From assembly GCA_027593235.1 (NCBI GenBank), contig JAQCIU010000008.1:32001-96000 (forward strand): 64,000 nt of DNA. The letters are read 5' to 3'. A model generated the notes under the pieces. The model was not told the origin of the DNA. It did not search any database and saw only the letters and a program-made list of their open reading frames with translations. Positions 49,360 through 58,618 of the stretch are shown here, piece after piece (position 1 is the stretch's first letter; every line of letters starts with the position of its first letter). The position numbers were made by a program, and so were the translations under genes. Source of the stretch: Chloroflexota bacterium. GTDB taxonomy: Bacteria > Chloroflexota > Dehalococcoidia > UBA2979.

Positions 49360-50175
49360 TCAGGCGAAGAGGCTAAGGCCGTGAAGGTCGAGGAGCGGGG
49401 TCGAGAGCAGCGCTGCTTGAAGCGCGACGAGGAGAAACGCAACGCACACACCGGCGAGAAACAACATCCGCGAGATCGGTGTGTGCGGGTCGCTGACCTG
49501 CGGCGGGAACGGCAGCAACAGCACCAGCTCCGCGACGCCGAGGAGAAGCAGCGTGAGCACGGCCGTCACCGCGGCCCAGCCGAGCGAGGCGCCGTACCCA
49601 AACAGCAACGTCGAGGGGACGAGCAGCGCGAGCCCGAAGAGCGCGCCGGTCGCCGCGGGATGGCGAAGATCGCGACCCAGCGCGGTCGCCGTCGAGCGGG
49701 CCTTCTTCTCGCCGGACACCGCGTGCATCAGGCGAACCTCGGCGGACCTGCCAGCGTGATCGCGGCCCAGTGCCGCCTGCTCCTCGCGGTCGACGGCGAC
49801 CCTCGGACGCCAGCCGATCCAGCGCATCGAAAACAATGTCAGCGCTCCCATCACCAGCACCGAGCCGAAGAAGGCCGGGCCGCGCGTCCACCGGTAGAGG
49901 TTGGCTTCCAGCACGACGTGGAGCGGTCGCACGCAGCCCGAGGGGACGGCGCTGCCGATCTCCGCTCGGTCGTAGCAGCCCTGGCTGACGTTCGCCTCAA
50001 AGACCGGGTAGAGGTTGGAGTCCCAGACGACGACCGGCTGTGGCTCACCGGACGGGTTCGCCTCGACATGCCGGCCCTCGACGGATCGTTCCACGGTCGC
50101 GCAGCCGGACGCGAATACGGCCACGACGAACGCGAGCGCGCAGGTCCAACGGCGGCAGGAGAGGCGCGTCAGCAT
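49360..50175 (-). CDS. Hypothetical membrane lipoprotein
   Basis: Lipobox ASGC, VWDSNLYP...CYDRAEIGSAVPSGC, several TM helices. Confidence 0.7.
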   Translation of the reverse strand: MLTRLSCRRWTCALAFVVAVFASGCATVERSVEGRHVEANPSGEPQPVVVWDSNLYPVFEANVSQGCYDRAEIGSAVPSGCVRPLHVVLEANLYRWTRGPAFFGSVLVMGALTLFSMRWIGWRPRVAVDREEQAALGRDHAGRSAEVRLMHAVSGEKKARSTATALGRDLRHPAATGALFGLALLVPSTLLFGYGASLGWAAVTAVLTLLLLGVAELVLLLPFPPQVSDPHTPISRMLFLAGVCVAFLLVALQAALLSTPLLDLHGLSLFA

Positions 50176-50258
50176 CGAGCGAGGATAGCCGACACCGTGG
50201 TGGCCAAAGCGCGACGTATCGGCACATCCACCACCCGCGAGGCTGACGAGGGCACCGG

Positions 50259-51068
50259 TCACCCCAGCGGCGCGATCCCGTTGAGTTCCACCAGCGGTGC
50301 GTGGATCAGCACCGCCGCGAGAAACGCCCCCGCCGTGAGCACCGCGGTCGCACCACCGAGGAACAGCAGCCGCGAAATGTATGCGTCCGGATCAGCGGGA
50401 CGTGGAGGCAGGCGGAGCAGCAGCAGCACCACGGCGATCGCGAGGCCCATGAACATCGCCGTGCCTGTGTGGATCGCCCACGCCATCGTCGCGCCGTACC
50501 CGATCAGCAACGTCGCCGGCACGAGCGAACCCGCCGCGATCGCGGCGCCCACGAGCGCCGGCCACCGCACGTCGCGACGGCCTCCAGTCGCGACACGCTG
50601 CGCCGCCTTCTCCTGCGTGATGCCCCGCATCAGCGCGATCGCGTCGGTACCGCCACCCGCGGGTGCGCCGCTCCCGCCGCTCTGTCGAGCCACCGAGGCC
50701 TGCCATGCCACCCGTCGCGCGGCGAACCAGAGCAGCGCGAGGATGGCAAGCGCGGTCGCCGCGTAGGCAATCACGGGCGCCTGTGCGTGGGGATCGGACT
50801 CATCGAGGATCGCTCGCGCGGTGAGGCATGGCGCCGGAACGACCCCGCCGATGACGGCCGCCTCCCAGCAGGTATCCCCGGCGTGTGTCTGATGGTCGGG
50901 ATACCGATTCGATTCCCAGACGATCGCGCGCTCGATTGACCCGTGCTCATCCTGCAGGAAGTCGCGCTGAGTGACCGTGCGATCGACCTCCGCGCACCCG
51001 GCGAGTACCAGGCCGCCGGCGAGAGCGAGCGCGAGAACGAGCATTCGAGAACGGGCGGCTGTGCGCAT
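50259..51068 (-). CDS. Hypothetical membrane lipoprotein, paralog of 49360..50175
   Basis: Lipobox LAGC, VWESNRYP...CWEAAVIGGVVPAPC, several TM helices. Confidence 0.7.
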   Translation of the reverse strand: MRTAARSRMLVLALALAGGLVLAGCAEVDRTVTQRDFLQDEHGSIERAIVWESNRYPDHQTHAGDTCWEAAVIGGVVPAPCLTARAILDESDPHAQAPVIAYAATALAILALLWFAARRVAWQASVARQSGGSGAPAGGGTDAIALMRGITQEKAAQRVATGGRRDVRWPALVGAAIAAGSLVPATLLIGYGATMAWAIHTGTAMFMGLAIAVVLLLLRLPPRPADPDAYISRLLFLGGATAVLTAGAFLAAVLIHAPLVELNGIAPLG

Positions 51069-51153
51069 CACGGCAGCATAACGAACCGGATGTCGACCGC
51101 ACCGCGACGGTGCGAGGATGGGGTCGCGACGCTCAGCACGCTCGGGGGACGCA

Positions 51154-52059
51154 ATGAACGAACGAAACGACCAGCCGGACAGCCGCCCCTGGCGGGTCTC
51201 GATGCACGGCGGGCACAGCAGCGAGGGATCCTCGCATGGCCGCAGCACCCTCACCGAGATCCTCGAGACCGCGGTCGCGCGCGGCATGGTCACCTACGGC
51301 GTGTCCAATCACGCCCCGCCGAGCGCGGAGCGCTTCCTCTACGACGATGAACGTGCGGCCGGGCTCGACCTCGCAGGGCGGCGCGCCCAGTTCGAGGTCT
51401 ACGCAGCCGCATCGGCAGCCGCGGTGGACACCTTCGCCGGTCGGCTCGAGGTCCTCCGTGGCTTCGAAATGGAGGTCGTGCCAACGGCGTCCTACGTCAC
51501 CGAGATGCAGGAGCTGCGTCAGCGCCACGGCTTCGACTACGCCGTCGGTTCGGTGCATCACGTAGAAGAGCTGCCGATCGACGTCTCACCGGCGCTGTTC
51601 GATGAGGCAGCGGCCCGCTGCGGCGGTCTCGAGGGGTTGCTGGTGCGCTATTACCAGCGCGTGACGGAGATGGTGATCGCGCTCCGTCCGGAGGTGGTCG
51701 CCCACTTCGACCTCCCGCGGCTGTTCGCCGAGGGCGATCCGGCGCACGCGGCCGCTGGTCCACGCACCGCCGCCAGCGAGGCACTTCGCGTGATCGCCGA
51801 TCAGGGCGCGCTGCTCGAGGTGAATACCGCGGGCTTCCGCAAGGGTCTGCGTGGCGCCTACCCGGCGCCGTGGGTCGTCGAGGAGGCGCGTGACCTCGGC
51901 ATCGCGCTGACCTTCAGCGATGACAGCCACCACGTGGACCACGTTGCCGCCGACCTCGAGAAAGCGCGTGCTTACCTGCTGGCGTACCGCGTGCGCACCA
52001 TTGGCAGCCTGGGTCGCGCGACAGATGGGTTGATCGAACGTCGAGAGATACCGCTCTAG
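51154..52059 (+). CDS. PHP-family histidinol-phosphatase (HisJ-like)
   Basis: SMHGGHS, SNHAP, GFEME, DYAVGSVH, AHFDL, EVNTAG, SDDSH. Confidence 0.85.
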   Translation: MNERNDQPDSRPWRVSMHGGHSSEGSSHGRSTLTEILETAVARGMVTYGVSNHAPPSAERFLYDDERAAGLDLAGRRAQFEVYAAASAAAVDTFAGRLEVLRGFEMEVVPTASYVTEMQELRQRHGFDYAVGSVHHVEELPIDVSPALFDEAAARCGGLEGLLVRYYQRVTEMVIALRPEVVAHFDLPRLFAEGDPAHAAAGPRTAASEALRVIADQGALLEVNTAGFRKGLRGAYPAPWVVEEARDLGIALTFSDDSHHVDHVAADLEKARAYLLAYRVRTIGSLGRATDGLIERREIPL

Positions 52060-52087
52060 TGGCCGCGCCCGATCTGGGAGATGTGGC

Positions 52088-53014
52088 TCAGCGGTCGGTG
52101 AAGATGGACGTGATGATTACGGTGCCGTCTTCGCCAACGTACGAGCCAACGCCGACTCGGGTGTAGGCGCCCTTGAGGATGTTCGCGCGATGGGTCGGGC
52201 TGTTCATCAGCGCTTCGAAGCCGATCTCGACCGAAAGCTGAACGTCGCCGAACGACTGGACCAGGTTCTCGCCAGCGGCAGAGAACGTAACGCCCGCGTT
52301 CGCCAGCAGCTCGTATGCCGAATGACCGCCCGGGAAGAAGTGCGCGAAGTACCCCAGCCGGATCATCTCTTCCGAGCGGGCACGGGCGACCGACGTCAGA
52401 TCAGCACGCGCCGTCACGGGCGACAGGCCCGCGTCGAGGCGCGCCCGGTTCATCGCAGCCAGCAGCAGCGACTCGCGCGCTGAGAGCGCAACCCCGCCCG
52501 AGGTGTCGACGACCGGCGGGCCGGCAGCGACTGGCGGTGTTGCCGCAGGCTGCGGCGTAGGCGTCGGTGCCGGTGTCTGCGTGGCAACAGGAACCTGGGT
52601 TGGGGCGACTGTTGGTGCCGCCGTGGCCGTCGGGCGGGCCTCCGGCGCAGGCTCAGGGCCAGCCGCCTGCTGCCGCAGCCGGGCCGCATCTTCGCGTGCC
52701 CGCACCAGGAGATCCTGTGTCTGAGCGAGTTCGTCGGCCGATTCGGGGCGGCGCGCGATTCCCTCGAAGTCGAGGACCGGCGCAGTGTCGGGCGGAAACA
52801 CGCCGCTCAGCATGTCCACCTGCCGGGCCAGCGTCGGCTGACCCTCGGCGGTTGCTCCGGTGGCGGCGGGTAGCGTCGGCCAGCTCAGTAGCACGACCGC
52901 AGCGGCAAGCGGTAAGGCGGGGAGCAGCCAAGCGATCGGAATCCGCAGGAGGCGGGGCCCGGAAGGGGCGGTTGGGCCGCCTCGGGAGGGGTCGTCGTCG
53001 CGCCGTTCCTGCAT
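52088..53014 (-). CDS. Membrane-anchored CAP/SCP domain protein
   Basis: TM, Pro/Thr linker, MNRARLDAGL, YFAH, GENL, MNSPTHRANIL, VGVG. Confidence 0.88.
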   Translation of the reverse strand: MQERRDDDPSRGGPTAPSGPRLLRIPIAWLLPALPLAAAVVLLSWPTLPAATGATAEGQPTLARQVDMLSGVFPPDTAPVLDFEGIARRPESADELAQTQDLLVRAREDAARLRQQAAGPEPAPEARPTATAAPTVAPTQVPVATQTPAPTPTPQPAATPPVAAGPPVVDTSGGVALSARESLLLAAMNRARLDAGLSPVTARADLTSVARARSEEMIRLGYFAHFFPGGHSAYELLANAGVTFSAAGENLVQSFGDVQLSVEIGFEALMNSPTHRANILKGAYTRVGVGSYVGEDGTVIITSIFTDR

Positions 53015-53222
53015 GCAACTGATCGTCTGTCGCCACACGATCGAAGCTGATCGGGAGATGCCCTCGAACGCGCGAAACCGGCCCTGACCAGGACCGGTTC
53101 GCTCCACGAGCCTCGCGCGGGGCCTGCCTTAGGCGAAGACCTGTTGGGGCGCGACCTCTGGTTTACGGCAGCTTTGACGGGCGGCCGCCTCGACCGCCCG
53201 TGCCCCAACGCCGCTGCGGGGA

Positions 53223-53630
53223 CTACGCCGAAAGGCGACGAATCGAACGTGGCGCGGCAACGGCGGCAGCACGGCCAGCTCGTACCAACCGGGCGGCACG
53301 CGCGGCAAGCACATCCGCCGAGGACGGCCAGGCAATCACCGCGTCGAAGCCGTCGTGCATCAGCGCGTCGATCTGTGGATAGGACAGTGGGGCCGACGTC
53401 GCGAGAATCCGCGGACCGTCGAAGTCCCTGAGCTCACTCGAGCGGCCGTGCGCCAGGTTGTCTGTCGTGTCGACGACGACAAGCGCGTCGGCCCAGCCCA
53501 GCGAGGCGTTGTCGGTAAAGGCGCGTTCCGGTTCGTCCGTCCACGTTTGCACGGCGTAGGCGCCAAATGCCTCAGCCAGGGCGGCGGTCTGCGCGGGAGC
53601 GCCAAGAATCAGGATTGCGGGACCGTACAT
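53223..53630 (-). CDS. Degenerate stand-alone receiver-like protein
   Basis: DALVVVD, GPRIL, GFDAVIAWP..DVLAARAARLVR; RBS GGAGG. Confidence 0.6.
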   Translation of the reverse strand: MYGPAILILGAPAQTAALAEAFGAYAVQTWTDEPERAFTDNASLGWADALVVVDTTDNLAHGRSSELRDFDGPRILATSAPLSYPQIDALMHDGFDAVIAWPSSADVLAARAARLVRAGRAAAVAAPRSIRRLSA

Positions 53631-53845
53631 AGGACACCTCCGAGACTGTCAATTTCACCACCCGAACTTGCGAGCGGCTGACCCGTCTACCTTCCGATCT
53701 TCGTCGGCCCCGCTGACGCTCTCTAGCCATCGAGGGCGGCCAACCCCCTGATCCGGTCGCCGCGCGGCTGATTCCTACACCCTCGTAACCTTCGGTCGGT
53801 AATTCCGCCGAGGGTTCAGAGGATCTCCGATCGATCCGAAAACCA

Positions 53846-53862
53846 TTCATAGGGACTTCATA
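53846..53862. promoter_or_regulatory. 11-bp-spaced direct repeat (OmpR/PhoB-type site)
   Basis: TTCATA-GGGAC-TTCATA in a relatively AT-rich divergent intergenic region. Confidence 0.4.
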
Positions 53863-53926
53863 AGAATCGGCCGCTCGGCTCGTTGGCAGTGCCACGGGGC
53901 GGACGGACCGGGACCGATGACCACTG

Positions 53927-54658
53927 GTGTTACGGATCGCCGTCGTTTCCTCAGACGAATCCATCCTCCGGTCTCTGCGCGAATTCAACGCGGAGCTGGT
54001 GGCTGAACCGTCACGCACCGGACACGACCCCTCGGAGGGAGCCGACCTCGTGCTCCTCGATATTCGCGAACCGCGACGGTTGGCCCTGATCCGCGAATAC
54101 GTGCGACGTGGGCGCCCGGTGCTTGCCATCGGAGGGCGCGAACACCAGCAGGTCCTCCGCTGCCTGGAGGCAGGTGCGGACGACTGCGTTAGCCCCTCCA
54201 TCCCGGCCGTGGAACTCGGGGCGCGCATCCGCTCGATCGCGCGCCGCGCCGCGATGCCTTCGAACGGCACGCCACCGCCCAGCGTCTTCGACGAGAATCC
54301 GCTCCCGGAAACGCCGCGCGCGGACGACCCACTCTCCCTGGACGACTATCGCTTCCACGAGCTGACAATCCTCACCGGACGGCATGAGGTGTGGCTGGGA
54401 CAGGACCCGGTGGAGCTGACGCCCACCGAGTTCTCCCTGCTGATCGCCCTCGCCCGGCATCCCAATGAGGTGGTGTCACACCACCGATTGACCGCCGCGA
54501 TCTGGGGCGCCGAGGGCATGAGTTCCCGCCGTCATCTGCGGGTCCACGTCCGACACCTGCGCGAGAAGCTGGAACACCAGCCCGGCTCGCCGGAACTGAT
54601 CCTCACCGAGAAGGGGCGTGGCTATCGCCTCTGCGTCCGTGAGCTGGAGGCCGCATGA
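53927..54658 (+). CDS. OmpR-family regulator with atypical short receiver
   Basis: LVLLDI, GADDCV without the conserved KP; winged helix LTPTEFSLL...LRVHVRHLREKLE...GRGYR. Confidence 0.85.
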   Translation: MLRIAVVSSDESILRSLREFNAELVAEPSRTGHDPSEGADLVLLDIREPRRLALIREYVRRGRPVLAIGGREHQQVLRCLEAGADDCVSPSIPAVELGARIRSIARRAAMPSNGTPPPSVFDENPLPETPRADDPLSLDDYRFHELTILTGRHEVWLGQDPVELTPTEFSLLIALARHPNEVVSHHRLTAAIWGAEGMSSRRHLRVHVRHLREKLEHQPGSPELILTEKGRGYRLCVRELEAA

Positions 54659-55419
54659 GCCGCAACGTTCTTCTGGTTGAAGCGGATGGTCCCGCTCGCG
54701 TCGCCGCTGCCCGGGAACTGGAGTCCAACGACTTCGCGGTCTCCCAGGCCAGCAACGCCCTCGAGGGGTTGCGAGAGGTCTACGAGCAGCGCCCGGACGC
54801 GGTCATCGTCAACCTCGCCATGCCGGAGATGGACGGGGAAGAGTTCACGCGAATCGTCCGCGCACTCGCCGACGTGCCGATCATCGCGATCGGTCCGGGC
54901 GGTGATCCCGGCCTGATCGTGCGCGTCCTCGATGGTGGTGCCGACGACTACCTGGAACAGCCGGTCAGCGAGATCGAGCTGGTCGGCCGGCTGCGCGCCG
55001 CCCTGCGTCGTGTCGCCCGGCAGACGGCCGCCGAACGCGCACCCGTGGTCCGCACCGGCGATTTGGAGATCGACCTCGGCGAACGCACCCTCCGCAAGCG
55101 CGGCGCCGTGATTCCGTTGACCCCGACCGAATGGGGACTGCTCGCCGCATTGGCTCACCGCGTGGGCCACGTCGCGCCGCACCGGTTCCTGCTCAGCACG
55201 GTCTGGGGCGACGAGTACGTCGACGACACCCACTACCTGCGGATCTACATCGGCTACCTGCGCAAGAAGATCGAAGACAGTGTTGCGGAGCCGCAGTACC
55301 TGCTCAGTCAGTGGGGTACCGGCTACCGATTGGCGGACCTGGCGCCCTCGGGTGCCCCGCCGATGCTCGTCCCGGTCCGCCGCAGTGACGAAGACCCGGG
55401 CGAGTTCGCAATCGGCTAG
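54655..55419 (+). CDS. KdpE-like OmpR-family regulator with Asp-to-Asn pseudo-receiver
   Basis: AVIVNLAMPEMDG, DDYLEQP, LTPTEWGLL, YLRIYIGYLRKKIE, GTGYR. Confidence 0.88.
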   Translation: MSRNVLLVEADGPARVAAARELESNDFAVSQASNALEGLREVYEQRPDAVIVNLAMPEMDGEEFTRIVRALADVPIIAIGPGGDPGLIVRVLDGGADDYLEQPVSEIELVGRLRAALRRVARQTAAERAPVVRTGDLEIDLGERTLRKRGAVIPLTPTEWGLLAALAHRVGHVAPHRFLLSTVWGDEYVDDTHYLRIYIGYLRKKIEDSVAEPQYLLSQWGTGYRLADLAPSGAPPMLVPVRRSDEDPGEFAIG

Positions 55420-55471
55420 CCGCCGGTTTCGTGCCCGCTACGGGTGACTGGGTCGCCTCGGTCGAACGGAC

Positions 55472-56203
55472 CTAGGCGCGGACGGCGTCAACCACGACGC
55501 GATGGTCGTATTCGCCGGCGGCGGCGTTGAACGTGCCACCGCACGTGAACAGCGTGAGCGTCGATGGTCCGGAACGTTCTCCGAGGATTTGCGCGAACGG
55601 CGTGTCGGCCGCGACGGATCGCAACCCGACGACTCGGTAGGCGATTTCACCCTCGGGCGTGTCGACGTACACGAGGTCGCCCGCGGACAGCTCGTCGAGC
55701 CGATCAAAGACGCCACGACTGCCGCTCCAGTTGAGGTGGCCGCCAAGAACAGCGTTCCCAGCAGAACCCGGCCACGCCGAGAACTCGTACCACCCAACCG
55801 CGCTTGCGGTGGTCGGAACAGCGAACCCGCCATTGCCATCGAAGCCCAGCGAGGTGACCCGCGCATCCACGGCCAATGCCGGGATCCGCAGTCGGAACTG
55901 CTCCGCCGTGGACTGAGTCGGGGCGACTGGTACCGCCCCGGAACCTGCGCCGGCGGGACCGATGCCTTCACCCGAGGTACCAGCGACCTCGATGATGCTG
56001 GCGCCGGCGCTGCTCGAACCGATCGAGTTGCTTGAGGTACTCGTGCCGGCAGCGATGCTGCCGGTGGCGCTCTCGCGCAGTCCGAAGGTTGAAGCGAAAC
56101 TCCCGCGCCCCGGCACACCCGGGACCACGAGGAGGCTGATGATCAGCGCGGCGATCGCCGCGGTGGCAATCGAACCGATGGTGTACCAGCGAGGGAGGAA
56201 CAT
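55472..56203 (-). CDS. Class F sortase
   Basis: TM anchor, LRIPALAVDA, VGWY, GNAVLGGH, LTLFTCGG, HRVVVDA. Confidence 0.92.
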   Translation of the reverse strand: MFLPRWYTIGSIATAAIAALIISLLVVPGVPGRGSFASTFGLRESATGSIAAGTSTSSNSIGSSSAGASIIEVAGTSGEGIGPAGAGSGAVPVAPTQSTAEQFRLRIPALAVDARVTSLGFDGNGGFAVPTTASAVGWYEFSAWPGSAGNAVLGGHLNWSGSRGVFDRLDELSAGDLVYVDTPEGEIAYRVVGLRSVAADTPFAQILGERSGPSTLTLFTCGGTFNAAAGEYDHRVVVDAVRA

Positions 56204-56239
56204 CGAACTCTCCTCGACAGACTCAGTGAAGCGCCGGAT

Positions 56240-56271
56240 GACCGGCGTGGGGCGGGTGCCCCACGCCGGTC
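56240..56271 (-). other. Perfect 14-bp stem-loop between the substrate and sortase genes
   Basis: GACCGGCGTGGGGC-GGGT-GCCCCACGCCGGTC, no T tract. Confidence 0.65.
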
Positions 56272-56281
56272 TTGCGCGGTC

Positions 56282-56992
56282 CTAGGAGCGCGCGCCGGTG
56301 CGCAGTCGCGCTGCCCCGGCAACCGTCACGAGGACAGTCGCACCGAGCAGAACGAGCAGCTGGATGGAGGCAGCGCTACCACTGGTGACGCTTCCGTCGC
56401 CGGTGTCGGGCATGCCGCCAGCAATCGCAATGATGTCAACGTCGGCCAACGCTGGGCCAGCCGCAATCGCCGTCTCGGCGCCAGCGCCGTCCGGGTCAGA
56501 GCTGAGCGAGGCCGCCGTCGTCTAGGCATCCGCCGTCTTCAGCGCTTCGAACGTCAGTTCGAAGGAGAAGTCGATGGAAACCATCCCGAAGGCACAGTCG
56601 ATGACGCCAGCACCAGTCAGCGAGCACTGGCTCAGGCTGATGCCATTCCACGAAGCACCCAGGTACTTCAGCTCACTGTCGTCGAACGTGTACTCGACGT
56701 CAGCGGTGTTTGCCGCCGGCACGTCAAGGGCCACGTCGACGCGGAAGCTGACCGTCTCACCAACGCGGGCCGGGTTCGGCGACGCGAGAGTGTTGTCAAT
56801 CCCAACCGTCGAAGGCAGAACCTCAACCGTCGGGGCCGGGGTCGGCTCGACCGTCGGGGCCGGCGTCGGGTCAATCGGAGCCGCGAGGAACAGGGCGTAG
56901 CACGTCTTGTTCGCGTCCATCAGCACCGCGACGGTGTTACTGAATCCACCGCAGTCGCCACTCCAACCACCGAAGGTTGAACCAGTCGAGGG
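56282..56992 (-). pseudogene. 5'-truncated sortase-substrate surface protein with internal TAG
   Basis: Frame reads PSTGSTFGGWSGDC...LMDANKTCYALF (InlB B-repeat-like), PT linker, Ig-like domain, TAG 56522-56524, then GGMPDTGDG + TM + RLRTGARS and stop at 56282-56284. Confidence 0.8.
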
Positions 56993-58583
56993 CTATACCG
57001 CCGCCGGACCAAGCAGCGATCCCGCGCCTGTCCTCGACGCCTACCTCCGAGGCGGGTTGCCAGCCCTCGCGGCGCTTGACGGCACCGCGGCCGTCGCGCT
57101 CTGGGACGCACGCCGCCAGGATCTGTTGCTGTTCCGCGATCGAGACGGCCTCGAGCCGCTCTTCCTCGTTGCCGCGCCGGACGCGCTCTTCTGGGCGACC
57201 GATCTGCCCTCCCTCATTCCCTTCCTCGACGACCGCGAGATCGACCGCACCGCGCTCGACTTCCTGCTCGCCGAGGGCTACATCCCCTCACCGATGACAA
57301 TCGTGCACGGCATTTCGCGACTCGCGGCGGGAGAGCTGTTGGTCGCCACAACACCCGCCCGACATCGCCTCCAGACCTACGCCAGGCTGAGCGGGCGCCC
57401 CAAGGTGCAACTGGACAAGGCGGCGCGGACGAACCGCTTCGCCGAACTGCTCGAAGGGTCATTGCGCCGCCGCACCAGTTCCGACCAGTCGCCGGGCGTG
57501 CTGGTATCTGGCGGCGTCGATTCAACGCTGATCCTCGCGATGCTCGCGCGCGTCGTCGGTGTGTCGCCGCGCGCGTACACATTCCGGTACGAGGACTACT
57601 CCGGCTGGAAGAACGAGGGCCGCGAAGCCCGCCGCGCCGCCAGCTCTCTGGGCGTCCCGCACGAGGAGGTCTCGATCTCCCCGGCGGACATCCGCGAGCG
57701 CGCTCCTGAGCTGGTGCGCCAGTACGGCGAGCCGTTCACCTATGGGCTGCATAGCTACCAGCTCGGGCCGATCGCCGCCTCAGGCGTGGAGGTCCTGTTC
57801 TCCGGCCAGGGGCGTGACTACCTGATGTCGAGCACCCAGCGCGTGCAAGCCGGCTATGGGGCGTTGCCGGCCGCGGTCCGGCAGGCGCTCGACATCCTGC
57901 CCGCCCTCGCCGCACCGGTCCCGGCTGTCGCGCGTCGGCTGAGCGCGATGTTCGACGCGGCGCCCAGCTGGGGCGCCCGCATATACGCCGAAGGCCGCAC
58001 ACCAGCCGCGATCCGGGCATCGCTGTACGCGGGGGATCACCTGGAGGGGTATCGCCGTAGCTCGATCGACCTCCTCGACGAGGTCTCCGCATTGTTCGAG
58101 GGCGAAGCCCCCCTGGAGCGGTTGCTCCTACCGATCCAGCGGTTGATGGACAGCGATTTCTACGTCCAGTGGAACTACCGGTGGGGCGATGCGCACGACC
58201 TGGCGGTGCGCCAACCGTTCCGCGATCGTCGGATGCTCAACTTCCTCTTCACACTGAAAGGAATCGAACTCGACAAGCAAGAACAGCGCCGCTATGCGGC
58301 GACCCTGCTGCCACACGATCTGGCGTTCGCGCCGAAAACGCACCAGGCACTACCGCTCCAGGAGTGGCTACGCGACGGCGGGGCGCTGCTCCCGTACGCG
58401 CGCGAGCAGCTCAGCGACGAGCGTGTACGCGCCAGCGGGCTGTTCACCCCCGACGGCGTGCGCCGATTGTTGGACAATCACGCCGCCGGGCGGATCAACC
58501 AGGAGTGGACGATCTGGGGCCTGATCACCACGTTGCTCTGGCAAGAGCACGTCCTTGCTGCCGCCCCGACCATCGAGGCGTAG
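56985..58583 (+). pseudogene. Asparagine synthase-related amidotransferase, apparently 5'-truncated
   Basis: ALWD, RDRDGLEPLF, VSGGVDST, LFSGQG, RQPFRD; no start codon or N-terminal Cys region, and the upstream DNA belongs to the opposite-strand gene. Confidence 0.7.
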
Positions 58584-58618
58584 CGCCCCGTCGTCGCCGG
58601 CTCGACTGACTCCGAGGG

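Noticed and set aside
56822-56872. 24-bp tandem repeat
   Set aside because: It encodes a PTPAPTVE linker of the surface protein.
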